A stretch of 64,000 bases of DNA, from contig CAJTTB010000004.1 of assembly GCA_910579175.1 (NCBI GenBank), positions 89,468 through 153,467 on the forward strand. The letters run 5' to 3'. Below, in pieces: positions 49,624 to 60,078 of the stretch (position 1 is the stretch's first letter; the number at the start of each line of letters is the position of its first letter). The notes beneath the pieces were generated by a model. That model did no database searches. It was not told where the DNA came from and was given only the letters and a program-made list of their open reading frames with translations. The position numbers were made by a program, and so were the translations under genes. Source of the DNA: an uncultured Oscillospiraceae bacterium. Lineage in GTDB: Bacteria; Bacillota; Clostridia; Oscillospirales; Ruminococcaceae.

Positions 49624-50466
49624 TTAAAAGCTACGTCCGGCGCCACCGCCACCAGTACTGCCACCGCCACCTTTAAACCCACCACCTTTAAAGCCACCGC
49701 CAGTACGTCTGTTGTGATTGTTGGTTTGTCTATGGTAATTGGTTGTATATCTGTTTCTATTACCAAAACTTTGGCTGGGGTAAAATCTTTGATTGGGGTA
49801 AGAATTTTGCTCGCGATTTTTTTTCATATTGGTGATAAATATCAGAAGAATGATTACCCCCATAATGATGAATACTTTTGGAATTCTGGGAGTGTTTTCC
49901 TCAGATTCTTGTCTGTCGGGTTCTATAATATTAGACTCAATGATATCAGATTCAATGGTATCGGGTACTTCTAAATTGTATTCTTGATAAACTTCTAATA
50001 AAAATGCGTTGTAGAGTTGGTAAAGACCTGTATCAAAATCATTTTCCGCAAGAAAGGGAATGGCATAATCATCGATAAACCGCCCCACCTTTGCATCGTT
50101 GATTGCACCCTCTAAACCGTAACCAACAGAGACATAAATTTGGCGTTCCTTGGGAGAAACTAAAATGAGAAGACCATTGTCTTTATCTTTATCGCCAATG
50201 CCCCAAGCTCGAAATAGTGAAACTGCATAATCGAAAATGGTTTGCCCTTCCAGATCATCGATGGCAGCGACTACAATTTGAGCACCAGTTGCTTGATTTA
50301 ATGCTTCTCCATGGGTGACATAATATGTTTCATGCTCTTCTGATATGACATTTGCACTATCGTTGACATAAAATAAATCGGTTGGTTCGGCAATACCTTG
50401 AATTGGAATGGGAAATAGAAATATAACATACAATGATAATAATAAGCTAATAGAATATTTTTTCAT
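49624..50466 (-). CDS. TPM-domain membrane protein (YgcG-like)
   Basis: YVND.A, WGIGDKDKDNGLL, VGYGLEG, TM, Gly-rich GGGSTGGGGAGRSF tail. Confidence 0.93.
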   Translation of the reverse strand: MKKYSISLLLSLYVIFLFPIPIQGIAEPTDLFYVNDSANVISEEHETYYVTHGEALNQATGAQIVVAAIDDLEGQTIFDYAVSLFRAWGIGDKDKDNGLLILVSPKERQIYVSVGYGLEGAINDAKVGRFIDDYAIPFLAENDFDTGLYQLYNAFLLEVYQEYNLEVPDTIESDIIESNIIEPDRQESEENTPRIPKVFIIMGVIILLIFITNMKKNREQNSYPNQRFYPSQSFGNRNRYTTNYHRQTNNHNRRTGGGFKGGGFKGGGGSTGGGGAGRSF

Positions 50467-50492
50467 AAATAACACTTTTGTTCCTTTGAGAT

Positions 50493-51122
50493 TCAAATGG
50501 TAAATAATAAGTTAGGATGACCAAAGTTTGGAAGTGCTGCACCACGTTCCCCAAAAGAAACAATTGGTGCGTTTTGAGAAACATCAGAGGCTTCAAAATA
50601 ATCTGCTTTTTCAAAGCCCATGATACCAGCAAAGATAACAGTGGGAAATTGTTTGATTTTACTGTTATAAGCTTGAGCGATTTCATTATAATCCCTTCGA
50701 GCAACTTGGATTCGGTTTTCGGTACCTGCCAATTCATCCATAAGAGCAGTATATTGTTTATCCGCTTTTAGATCTGGATAATTTTCAACCACCACCAATA
50801 GACGATTTAACGCATTTTGCATAGTTTGCTCAGCTTGTGTCAGTTCGTCAATCGAAGTTGCACCACTTAGTTTTGAACGGGTCTGTGCAATATCAGTGAA
50901 GATAGCTTGCTCATGAGAGGCATATCCTTTGACTGTTTCAACCAAATTCGGGATTAAATCATTTCGACGCTGTAATTGTGTTTGAATATTGGATTGCTGT
51001 AAAGTCACCTGTTCTTGTATCTGAATCAATTCGTTATATCCTCTGATACCAGTTATAACAAAGAAGATAATGAGAATGATGAAAATGCCAATTAAGATGA
51101 AAGCTGAATTTGTTTTTCTCAT
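50493..51122 (-). CDS. lemA: LemA family protein
   Basis: LQRRNDLIPNLVETVKGYASHE, ENYPDLKA, ENRI.VARRDYN. Confidence 0.96.
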   Translation of the reverse strand: MRKTNSAFILIGIFIILIIFFVITGIRGYNELIQIQEQVTLQQSNIQTQLQRRNDLIPNLVETVKGYASHEQAIFTDIAQTRSKLSGATSIDELTQAEQTMQNALNRLLVVVENYPDLKADKQYTALMDELAGTENRIQVARRDYNEIAQAYNSKIKQFPTVIFAGIMGFEKADYFEASDVSQNAPIVSFGERGAALPNFGHPNLLFTI

Positions 51123-51253
51123 TTTATAAAGGCCTCCATATGAAGTGAAATAAATGATTGGTTTGTTTTCTTTTATCCTTTGTGTTGTTGCTGTTTGGTT
51201 TTTTTAATTTCTTTTTAGAATAGATAAATCAGTTATCGATTGTGGGCAGTTTT

Positions 51254-51478
51254 TCAATCAGTTGGAATTTCGTGATGGATAAGATAATACTTGTGAAATG
51301 CTGTTTTTGCTATTTTTCTTTTATGGACTAAATCATCTGTTATCTTTGCAAAAGCATTGGGATTGAATACACCTGCTTCTTCTAGTGTTTTGGCACTGTC
51401 TTCTGATATTGCTCCACAATTTTTGAGTTTTTTGAGAATCATTTTTTGTCTTAATAAAAATGCTGGTGAACCTAACAT
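51254..51478 (-). CDS. Hypothetical 74-aa basic protein
   Basis: AAGGAG SD before ATG; protein-like composition. Confidence 0.7.
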   Translation of the reverse strand: MLGSPAFLLRQKMILKKLKNCGAISEDSAKTLEEAGVFNPNAFAKITDDLVHKRKIAKTAFHKYYLIHHEIPTD

Positions 51479-51767
51479 GTTGACAACTCCTTTTATGAAA
51501 TGAATTTGGATTTATGACAGATGATTTAAAATATGAATGTATCATTTGTGAAATCACCAATACGCTTTTTAAATGGTATAAAAGGGTCTAATCATGATAT
51601 TATATGATATCATTTTATAAAAGAGAAGATCATTCATAAACAAGTATAAAAAGGATGATACAGTAAATTTACTGTGTTTAAAATATGTGACACAAATAGC
51701 AAACGCTATGAAAAATTTATGGATGGAATTGCTCCGTTTCAGTGAGGCAATCAAAGGGCTGAAATAT

Positions 51768-52583
51768 CTATTGGCGTTCTGCCAAATACTCTTCCAATGT
51801 GATGTTGCGCTGCATAATTTCAGTAGCTGCTTCTACTCCTACATAACGATAGTGCCAAGGTTCATAGATAATTTTTGTAATATCGCTTTTTCCTTCAGGA
51901 TAACGAACAATAAAGCCGTATTTTTGACAATTTTGATAAAGCCATTTTACTTCATCTGTCTGCATAACGCCCTCATCTAAAAGTTGGTAATCCAATGCGA
52001 CAATATCGACTGCCAAACCGGTTTGGTGTTCGCTGGTTCCTGGAACCGCAACCGTTGTGCCAGCAATTTTTTCTGCTTCGCTTCGGCTGTGTCCATTGTT
52101 CATTTCTGCAGCAACTTGTTCTTGATAAAGTTCTTCTTGCAAAGAGCGAGGACGATAAGCAGAGCAGACAACCAAAGAAAGCCCTTGTTGTTTTGCGTCT
52201 GAAATCATGTTTTGTAAGTGGTCATAAATGCGTTCATCTACACGCTGACCATTGAGTAATTCCGCAGTGTTTGGCTGATAGTCCGCACTTAATAGATTGT
52301 CTTGATTGACTAACATCAAATACCAAACAGATTGGTCAGTTTGATTAACGGGTTGCGTTGGAACAGAAGAAAGTGAGGGGGGAGAAGAAGGAGGTTGTAT
52401 CACAGGTGTATTGGGAGTAATTGTAGTTTGTTCTGGCTTAGAAAAAAGTTTATATGTCACAACACCCACAAGAACCAATAAAGCGGCGGCAATAAATCTG
52501 TTTCGCTTTACTCTTCTCTGTCTTCTTCTATAATTTTGTCTACTCAAATTTTTTTTAGCCGAATTTATTTTATTCATAAACAA
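51768..52583 (-). CDS. M15B (VanY/LdcB-like) peptidoglycan carboxypeptidase
   Basis: N-terminal TM, SAYR, SEHQTGLAVD, YEPWHYRYVG. Confidence 0.93.
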   Translation of the reverse strand: MFMNKINSAKKNLSRQNYRRRQRRVKRNRFIAAALLVLVGVVTYKLFSKPEQTTITPNTPVIQPPSSPPSLSSVPTQPVNQTDQSVWYLMLVNQDNLLSADYQPNTAELLNGQRVDERIYDHLQNMISDAKQQGLSLVVCSAYRPRSLQEELYQEQVAAEMNNGHSRSEAEKIAGTTVAVPGTSEHQTGLAVDIVALDYQLLDEGVMQTDEVKWLYQNCQKYGFIVRYPEGKSDITKIIYEPWHYRYVGVEAATEIMQRNITLEEYLAERQ

Positions 52584-52719
52584 TCTCTTTTCTAGTAAGG
52601 GTTTTTGTATAGTTACTATTTATTATACACGATTTTTAGCAAAAATTGCAAAGATATTGTGACAATTATAAAGAAATATTATTTAGATGATAAGAAAGGA
52701 TAACCATAAAGGGAGAAAA

Positions 52720-54063
52720 ATGGACACACCAATTTATCAATTTGTAGAACAATGGAACCAAAAACACTATACGCGATTTCATATGCCTGGTCATAAAGGA
52801 AATCGCGAAGTATACAACAATTCAATTTCAGCGGTATTTCCTTATGATATTACAGAAATTGAAGGTGCAGATGTTTTGTTTGCCTCAGATGGAATTATTA
52901 GAAAATCAGAGCGAAGAGCTGCCGAGCTGTTTGGCAGTAAAGACACGGTTTACAGCGCTGGAGGCTCTACACTTTGTATTCAGACGATGGTTGGATTGGC
53001 GGCAAAAAGAGGAAAGAAAATCATTGCGGGAAGAAATGCGCATATGGCATTTATCCATGCTTGTATTTTGTTTCAGATGGACCCCATTTGGATATTGCCT
53101 CAAACAGTGGATGCCTATGGCGTCTGTGGATTGATTACATCAGAGCAGGTGGAAAATACTTTAAGAGAACATTCAGACAGTTGTGCAGTATATCTTACTT
53201 CGCCAGATTATTTGGGAAATACAATTGATCTCAAAAGGATTTCAGAGATTTGTAAAGCCTATGGTGTTCCTCTTTTTTGTGATAATGCACATGGCGCTTA
53301 TTTAAAGTTTACTGGAGAGGGCTCACATCCTCTAGATCAAGGTGTAGATATTTGCTGTGATAGCGCCCATAAAACACTTCCCGTATTGACAGGGGGAGCC
53401 TATTTGCATTGGTCTAAGTCGTTTGAGATCTCTGTAGAGGAAGTAAAAAAAATGATGAGCTTATTTGGCTCAAGCAGTCCATCTTATTTAATTTTACAGT
53501 CTCTTGATCTGTGCAATCGGTATTTGAGTGAATCGGCTTTTATGGATTATCAAATATTAAAACGGCGTATCTGCCAAATAAAAGAGCAGCTGTCACAACA
53601 AAAAATTGGATTTTTAAAAAATCAAGTGGACTTTGCAAAGTTGACAATTGATGCAAATAGCATTGGATATACTGGAGAAGAATTGAAAGAACAGCTACAT
53701 CAAGCTGGCATTGAGGCAGAATATTATAATCAACAGTATGTGGTATATTTGCTTTCCCCGATGAATTGCAAAGAAGACGATGATATCTTTTGTAAGGCAT
53801 TACAAACGCTTTCCATAAGACCGCAAAAAAATTTTTATGTTGACCATTATCAATTGCCACCCAAAGACAGATTGCCATTTGAAGCCTATTGGCAGGACGC
53901 TAAAGTGATTCCCATTGAACAGGCAGAAAAAAGGATTGCAGCCGAAACGGTGGCGAGTTGTCCACCAGGAGTGCCCTTGATTGTACCTGGAGAAATAATT
54001 ACAGAGCAAATCAAAAAGATTTGTAAAAATAGTAGAAATTTATTCATAAAAGTGGTAAAATAA
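52720..54063 (+). CDS. PLP-dependent Orn/Lys/Arg decarboxylase (YaaO-like)
   Basis: FHMPGHKG, DNAHGA, SAHKTLP, SSSPSY, PPGVP. Confidence 0.92.
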   Translation: MDTPIYQFVEQWNQKHYTRFHMPGHKGNREVYNNSISAVFPYDITEIEGADVLFASDGIIRKSERRAAELFGSKDTVYSAGGSTLCIQTMVGLAAKRGKKIIAGRNAHMAFIHACILFQMDPIWILPQTVDAYGVCGLITSEQVENTLREHSDSCAVYLTSPDYLGNTIDLKRISEICKAYGVPLFCDNAHGAYLKFTGEGSHPLDQGVDICCDSAHKTLPVLTGGAYLHWSKSFEISVEEVKKMMSLFGSSSPSYLILQSLDLCNRYLSESAFMDYQILKRRICQIKEQLSQQKIGFLKNQVDFAKLTIDANSIGYTGEELKEQLHQAGIEAEYYNQQYVVYLLSPMNCKEDDDIFCKALQTLSIRPQKNFYVDHYQLPPKDRLPFEAYWQDAKVIPIEQAEKRIAAETVASCPPGVPLIVPGEIITEQIKKICKNSRNLFIKVVK

Positions 54064-54095
54064 AAATATTAAAAATGAACTGGAGGTCATTTATC

Positions 54096-54419
54096 ATGAA
54101 ATTGATTTATGCGATTGTAAGTGATGATGATAGCACTGTTGTATCAAAACAATTGACAAAGAACGGTTTCTTTGCAACCAAATTAGCAAGTACAGGCGGG
54201 TTTTTGATGTCTGGAAATACTACTTTTATGATTTGTACCGATGATGAAAAAGTAGATGATGTGATTGAGGTAATCAAGACCAATAGTAAAAAGAGAAAAC
54301 AAATGGTTCCTTCTTCTGCAACTTATGGATTGGGTTCTTATACGCCGTTTCCTGTAGAAGTAACGGTAGGTGGTGCGACAATCTTTGTAACAAATGTAGA
54401 ACGCTTTGAAAAAATTTAA
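54096..54419 (+). CDS. darA: c-di-AMP receptor, PII-like (DarA/PstA/YaaQ)
   Basis: TKLASTGGFL.SGNTT, VGGATIFV. Confidence 0.95.
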   Translation: MKLIYAIVSDDDSTVVSKQLTKNGFFATKLASTGGFLMSGNTTFMICTDDEKVDDVIEVIKTNSKKRKQMVPSSATYGLGSYTPFPVEVTVGGATIFVTNVERFEKI

Positions 54420-54422
54420 TCC

Positions 54423-55391
54423 ATGAGACAAACATTTTATGGAAATGCGGCTGCAAAACAAATGTTGCATCATATGTTAAATGGAAATTTACATCATGCA
54501 TACTTAATTTATGGAGCGGATGGGCTGGGCAAAAAAACCTTTGCAAAATATTTGGCACAAAGTATATTTTGTAAAGGTAAGGCTAAGCCCTGTTTTGTAT
54601 GTGAATCCTGTTATAAAATACAAAAGAATATTCATCCAGATATGATTTTGATAGATGAGGGTAGTACACATCATTCCATTAAAATTGAAACCATTCGCAA
54701 TCTCTGTTTGGATTGTGTGATAAAGCCCAATGAAGGGCTATTTAAAATCTACATCATAACAGATGTGCAAAATATGACCACAGGCGCACTGAATGCCTTT
54801 TTAAAGACATTGGAGGAACCTCCTGCAAATGTGATATTTTTGTTGCTTGCTCCCAATCGAATGCTGCTTGCGGATACCATGGTGTCTAGATTAGTACCGA
54901 TTGAATTATTTACACTCAATCAACAGGAATGGAATCAGGCACTAACGGATTATGATGTCCATTTAAGCCAGGAGAAAAAAGATGTTCTTTGGGCTTCTAC
55001 ACAGGGGAATTTAGGACAAGCGCGAATACAGTTACAACAACAGACAAATGAAGACCAGGCATTAAAACAACTGTATGGATGTCTGTTGCAAAGACAAGAA
55101 TATCAAATGTTAAAGTTATTTTATCAATATGAAAAGAACAAAATGGCTTTATTGGAATTATTCAATCAATTGTTGGTATTGTTTAGAGAATGCTTGATTG
55201 TCCAATTGAAATCAAGGGAAAGTCAACTTTTTAAAGAAGAGATAAGACAATTAAAAGATACCTTTACCAAGAAACAGATCATACAACTGATTGAATTGAT
55301 AGAAAATTTAAAAATAAAAATTTCAAGCAATGCAAATATGAATCTCTTAATTGCTGATATTTGTGTGGAATTGAAGGAAATCATTACATAG
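54423..55391 (+). CDS. holB: DNA polymerase III delta'
   Basis: HAYLIYG..GLGK, C-rich zinc module, HPD, NAFLKTLEEPP. Confidence 0.92.
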   Translation: MRQTFYGNAAAKQMLHHMLNGNLHHAYLIYGADGLGKKTFAKYLAQSIFCKGKAKPCFVCESCYKIQKNIHPDMILIDEGSTHHSIKIETIRNLCLDCVIKPNEGLFKIYIITDVQNMTTGALNAFLKTLEEPPANVIFLLLAPNRMLLADTMVSRLVPIELFTLNQQEWNQALTDYDVHLSQEKKDVLWASTQGNLGQARIQLQQQTNEDQALKQLYGCLLQRQEYQMLKLFYQYEKNKMALLELFNQLLVLFRECLIVQLKSRESQLFKEEIRQLKDTFTKKQIIQLIELIENLKIKISSNANMNLLIADICVELKEIIT

Positions 55392-55523
55392 ATATGAAAA
55401 AATCGCGTTTTTTCAATCAGGTGAATCGGTATATTGAAGATATTATAGTTATGCTTGACTTTCATAGATGGATGATTGGAAAAATACGAAAGACAAAACG
55501 ATTAAATGAATAGGAAAGGAGAA

Positions 55524-55613
55524 GCTACTAGGCAAAATATGAAAAACATTAAGACAGTATTTAACAGTCATCATTTATGATTTTGATACACATGTTTTTG
55601 TATTTCTGGTAGC
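55524..55613. repeat. 90-bp imperfect palindrome between SD and ATG of ricT
   Basis: GCTACTAG..AAATATGAAAAACAT / ATGTTTTTGTATTT.CTGGTAGC. Confidence 0.6.
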
Positions 55614-55621
55614 AAAATTTC

Positions 55622-56491
55622 ATGACCGAGGTTATAGGGATTCGTTTTAAAAGTGTAGGAAAAATTTATTATTTTGACCCACAGGATAAAAAGTTAAATG
55701 TGGGGGATTTTGTCATTGTAGAAACTGCCAGAGGCATTGAATGTGGCAAGGTGGTTTTGGAAAATCGTCAGGTAAATGATAAAAAGATTGTTGCTCCTTT
55801 AAAACCAGTGATACGAATTGCAACAAAGGAAGACTTAAAAACTGTACAACAAAATAAACAAAAGGAAAAGGAAGCTTTTGATGTTTGTTTGGCTAAAATT
55901 GAAAAACACGATTTAAAAATGAAGCTGGTTGATGTGGAATATACCTTTGACAACAATAAAATTTTATTTTATTTTACAGCAGATGGTCGAGTGGATTTCC
56001 GAGAGTTGGTAAAGGACTTGGCTTCTGTTTTTAAAACGAGAATTGAACTCCGTCAGATAGGCGTGCGAGATGAGTCCAAAATGTTGGGAGGACTTGGCGT
56101 ATGTGGCAGACCTTTTTGTTGTTCTAGTTTTTTGGGGGAGTTTCAACCTGTGTCAATTAAGATGGCAAAAGAACAGAGTTTGTCTTTAAATCCAACAAAA
56201 ATTTCTGGTACTTGTGGCAGATTGATGTGTTGTTTAAAGTATGAACAAGATGTTTATGAAGAGTTGCTTTCTATGACACCAAAAGTAGGCGCTTATATTA
56301 AAACACCAAACGGAAAGGGTACTGTAACAGATGTCAACTTATTGACAGGTATGCTCAAAGTTCGTTTGGACGATAAGCCTGAAGCTGCACCACATGCCTT
56401 TCATCGGGATGAAGTGGTATTGCTCAAAGACGCTCAAATTCGTTTGAATCGTGAAGAAATTGCTGCATTGAAAAATTTGGAAGATAGATAG
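55622..56491 (+). CDS. ricT: RicT/YaaT (PSP1 domain)
   Basis: GKIYYFDP, ADGRVDFRELVKDLA, CGRPFCC, SGTCGRLMCCLKYE. Confidence 0.96.
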   Translation: MTEVIGIRFKSVGKIYYFDPQDKKLNVGDFVIVETARGIECGKVVLENRQVNDKKIVAPLKPVIRIATKEDLKTVQQNKQKEKEAFDVCLAKIEKHDLKMKLVDVEYTFDNNKILFYFTADGRVDFRELVKDLASVFKTRIELRQIGVRDESKMLGGLGVCGRPFCCSSFLGEFQPVSIKMAKEQSLSLNPTKISGTCGRLMCCLKYEQDVYEELLSMTPKVGAYIKTPNGKGTVTDVNLLTGMLKVRLDDKPEAAPHAFHRDEVVLLKDAQIRLNREEIAALKNLEDR

Positions 56492-56555
56492 TTTAAAATA
56501 CATTCAATTTTTAACAGTTGATAGTAAGTTTTTAGTATATTTTTGATTTATATGA

Positions 56556-56804
<249 letters not shown>

Positions 56805-56962
56805 ACTTCAACCAACATATTAAAAGCGGAGAAATGAGTTTCTCTGCTTTTTCTTTTTTTGACAGAATGATTGAAATTTTTTGACGGATCTATTATACTG
56901 ATATAGTGAGAAATGTATTGGGAAAAAAGATTATTTTTTGAGTAATGGAAGGGGTGATTGTG

Positions 56963-57589
56963 ATGAGTAGAACTAGATTAGAAAATCCAATTTATCAACA
57001 AATAGCAGTGGATCTTGCTTCTAAAATTGTAAGTGGAAAATATGTATTGGGAGAACGAATTAAAGGACGCTCTACCCTTGCAAGTTATTATAATGTCTCT
57101 CCAGAAACCATTAGAAAAGCCGTTTGTATTTTAGAAGATGTCGGAATTGTGGCAATTTATCCCGGAGTGGGAATTGAAGTGGTTTCTGTAGATTTGGCAA
57201 AGGATTTTTTAGATAAATACAGCGACATCAGTAATCTGAATAGCATTAAAAAGAATATTTTAAATATCATTCAGACGCAAAATGAACAGGCAAAACAGTT
57301 GAAAGAAACAGTAAATGAGCTGTTAGATTGTACAGAGCGATTTAAAGATCTCAATCCATTCATTCCATTTGAGATAGAGATTACAAAGAATATGAAATAT
57401 CTGAATAAAACCGTGAGTGAGATTAACTTTTGGCAAAATACCCTTGCGACGATTATTGCCATTAAGCGCAACGATAAGATTATTCTCTCACCGGGATCTT
57501 ATGCGACATTAAGAGAACATGATATTATTTATATTATCGCCAGTGAAGAGTCTTATAATCGTGTTAAAATGTTTCTATATTCTACTTAA
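56963..57589 (+). CDS. GntR-HTH plus RCK_C (TrkA_C) regulator, BusR-like
   Basis: YQQIAVDLASKI..G.Y..GE...RSTLA..YNVSPETIRKA, coiled coil, NFWQNT.ATIIAI.R....LSPG. Confidence 0.85.
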   Translation: MSRTRLENPIYQQIAVDLASKIVSGKYVLGERIKGRSTLASYYNVSPETIRKAVCILEDVGIVAIYPGVGIEVVSVDLAKDFLDKYSDISNLNSIKKNILNIIQTQNEQAKQLKETVNELLDCTERFKDLNPFIPFEIEITKNMKYLNKTVSEINFWQNTLATIIAIKRNDKIILSPGSYATLREHDIIYIIASEESYNRVKMFLYST

Positions 57590-57728
57590 ATTACCAAAAA
57601 AACTGAATTTTAACCAAAAAATAGTTTACATTTTTGCTTTAATATGATAAAATGTTGAATGATATAAGCAGGTGAAAGGAGATGATGTAGATCATCTGAA
57701 AACAATGGTTTTGGGTGATTGCTATCTT

Positions 57729-58025
57729 ATGGTAAATGATAAATTAAAAGAAATGAATATAGAATTTTTATTTAAGGCAATTTTGGAACTGAAAACAATG
57801 GATGAGTGTTATCGGTTTTTTGAAGATTTGTGCACCATACCAGAACTAAAAGCTATGTCTCAGCGGTTACATGTGGCAAAGATGTTGGCAGAAAATTGTG
57901 TATATAGTGACATTGTCGCACAGACGGGAGCTAGCACTGCTACCATCAGTCGTGTAAACCGCTCCTTACATTATGGTTCAGATGGGTATGATATCATCTT
58001 TCAGAGGATAAAGGAACATGAATAG
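57729..58025 (+). CDS. YerC/YecD TrpR-like protein
   Basis: ECYRFFEDLCT..EL.AMSQR, TGASTATISRVNRSL.YG. Confidence 0.93.
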   Translation: MVNDKLKEMNIEFLFKAILELKTMDECYRFFEDLCTIPELKAMSQRLHVAKMLAENCVYSDIVAQTGASTATISRVNRSLHYGSDGYDIIFQRIKEHE

Positions 58026-58812
58026 TTATGATGGTTTTGCAAACAGTTATGACTTATTGACCAGCAATGTAGACTATCAAAAACGAGGGAACTATTTTCA
58101 TCAAATTTTATTGCAACATGGAAAACAAAGTGGAATATTGCTTGATTTGGCGTGTGGGACAGGTACTTTAAGTGAGTTTTTCGCACGCTTAAATTATGAC
58201 GTAATTGGTGTGGATGCTTCAGAGGAAATGTTGAATGTTGCGATGGAAAAGAAATGCGAGTCACAAAGTGATATTATCTACTTAAAACAGAACATGCAGG
58301 ATTTGGATTTATTTGGAACGGTTGATATTGTCATTTGTGCATTGGACAGCTTCAATCACATTGTTGATGAACAAGAGTTACGACAAGTATTTGAAAGAAT
58401 TTCCCTGTTTTTAAATGAAGATTCACTGTTGATTTTTGATATGAATACAGTTTATAAACATGAGCATATTTTAAACAATCAAACTTATATTTATGATTTA
58501 GATGAGGTATATTGTGTCTGGCAAAATACATTGTTGGATCATCATATTGTAGAAATTCATCTTGATATTTTTGAATATGAAGAGGAAAGCGACTGCTATT
58601 ATCGGGAGCAAGAACATTTTTATGAGCGTGCTTATACAAGAGAACAGATTTGTTTTGCTTTGGACAAGGCGGGATTTGAGTTATTAAAAGAATATGACGA
58701 GGATAGTTTTCAGCCTCCGCTTGAAACTTCTCAAAGAGTTGTCTATGTTGCGAGAAATTTGACTTGCAAAAATGCAGTACCCAAAGAGGACAACAGAAAG
58801 GAATTAGATTAA
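58018..58812 (+). CDS. Class I SAM-dependent methyltransferase
   Basis: LDLACGTG, GVDASEEML, DSFNH. Confidence 0.92.
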   Translation: MNSYDGFANSYDLLTSNVDYQKRGNYFHQILLQHGKQSGILLDLACGTGTLSEFFARLNYDVIGVDASEEMLNVAMEKKCESQSDIIYLKQNMQDLDLFGTVDIVICALDSFNHIVDEQELRQVFERISLFLNEDSLLIFDMNTVYKHEHILNNQTYIYDLDEVYCVWQNTLLDHHIVEIHLDIFEYEEESDCYYREQEHFYERAYTREQICFALDKAGFELLKEYDEDSFQPPLETSQRVVYVARNLTCKNAVPKEDNRKELD

Positions 58813-58815
58813 ATT

Positions 58816-59691
58816 ATGGGAAAGATGGTAAGAGCGATTTCAGAAGATGGTTCTGTGATGGCTTGTGTATTAAATGCAACAGATATTGTGGGCAAGATGG
58901 AGCAGATTCATCAAACCTCAGCGGTGGTGACTGCGGCATTGGGAAGGTTGACCATTGCAGGTTCTCTGATGGGGATTTTGTTAAAGAATGAAAAAGATAG
59001 TTTGACTTTGCGGATTGATGCAGATGGTCCTACAGGTTCCTTGTTGGTGGTTGCCAACAGTCTGGGAAATGTAAAATCTTCTGTACAAAATTCAATTGTG
59101 GAGTTGCCCTTGAATCAATATGGAAAATTAGATGTTTCTGGTGCAGTGGGAAAGCAGGGGACTTTGAGCGTTATCAAGGATTTGGGATTAAAAGAGCCCT
59201 ATATTGGACAGGTGCCAATTGTTTCTGGAGAGATTGCAGAGGACATTACACAATATTATGTGTCCAGCGAGCAGACTCCAACAGTTTGCGGTTTAGGTGT
59301 GTTGGTAAATCCTGATTTAACCGTTCGTTCAGCGGGAGGATATTTGGTGCAATTACTGCCATTTGCAGACGAAAGTTGTATTGATAGGTTGGAAGAAAAT
59401 TTAAAAGATATTCCTCCAGTATCATCTATGTTTGACCAAGGAATGACACCAGAGGAAATTTGTAATCGATTGTTGAATGGATTAAATCCCAATCTGTTAG
59501 ACAGCTTTCAAACGGCTTATCAGTGTGATTGTAGCAAACAAAAGGTAGAGAAAGCGTTGATCAGTTTGGGCAGGGAAGAGTTGAAAAAGATACAACAAGA
59601 GGAAGAACAAATTGAATTGACTTGTCATTTTTGTGAAAAAAGATACCATTTTTCCAAACAGGACATACAGAATTTAATTGATAATAGCTAA
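58816..59691 (+). CDS. hslO: Hsp33 redox chaperone
   Basis: SGEIAED, SEQTP, CDCS...CHFC. Confidence 0.96.
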   Translation: MGKMVRAISEDGSVMACVLNATDIVGKMEQIHQTSAVVTAALGRLTIAGSLMGILLKNEKDSLTLRIDADGPTGSLLVVANSLGNVKSSVQNSIVELPLNQYGKLDVSGAVGKQGTLSVIKDLGLKEPYIGQVPIVSGEIAEDITQYYVSSEQTPTVCGLGVLVNPDLTVRSAGGYLVQLLPFADESCIDRLEENLKDIPPVSSMFDQGMTPEEICNRLLNGLNPNLLDSFQTAYQCDCSKQKVEKALISLGREELKKIQQEEEQIELTCHFCEKRYHFSKQDIQNLIDNS

Positions 59692-59726
59692 AATATTAGA
59701 ATTGGAAAAATATTTAAAAAAAGGGG

Positions 59727-59755
59727 TTGACAATATTATCCTTTTCTGATAAAAT
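59727..59755 (+). promoter_or_regulatory. sigmaA promoter of tRNA operon
   Basis: TTGACA-17-TAAAAT with TGn. Confidence 0.85.
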
Positions 59756-59788
59756 AATATTCGTCGCTGAGAGGTGACGAATGATTGT

Positions 59789-59864
59789 GGGAGCATAGCT
59801 CAGCTGGGAGAGCATCTGCCTTACAAGCAGAGGGTCACAGGTTCGAGCCCTGTTGTTCCCACCA
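59789..59864 (+). tRNA. tRNA-Val(TAC)
   Basis: Cloverleaf, anticodon loop TTTACAA-like CTTACAA, GGTTCGA T-loop, encoded CCA. Confidence 0.97.
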
Positions 59865-59887
59865 TCTATTTTTAAAATTAGTTTTTT

Positions 59888-59963
59888 GCGGATTTAGCTC
59901 ATCTGGTAGAGCGCCACCTTGCCAAGGTGGAGGTAGCGAGTTCGAGCCTCGTAATCCGCTCCA
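59888..59963 (+). tRNA. tRNA-Gly(GCC)
   Basis: CCACC-TTGCCAA-GGTGG anticodon arm, encoded CCA. Confidence 0.97.
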
Positions 59964-59965
59964 AT

Positions 59966-60036
59966 GGCGCCATAGCCAAGTGGTAAGGCAGAGGTCTGCA
60001 ACACCTTCATCCCCAGTTCAAATCTGGGTGGCGCCT
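59966..60036 (+). tRNA. tRNA-Cys(GCA)
   Basis: GGCGCCA acceptor stem, CTGCAAC loop, U discriminator; CCA not encoded. Confidence 0.96.
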
Positions 60037-60042
60037 CTTTGT

Positions 60043-60078
60043 AAAACATCTTCAAGGAGTACTTTGAAGGTGTTTTTT
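60043..60078 (+). terminator. tRNA operon terminator
   Basis: AAAACATCTTCAAG..CTTTGAAGGTGTTTTTT. Confidence 0.8.

Noticed and set aside
49630..49705. CCACC-rich tandem repeats
   Set aside because: Encode the normal Gly-rich tail of the TPM protein.
51768..52583. vanY as a sign of vancomycin resistance
   Set aside because: No vanHAX/vanRS nearby; consistent with a housekeeping M15B carboxypeptidase.
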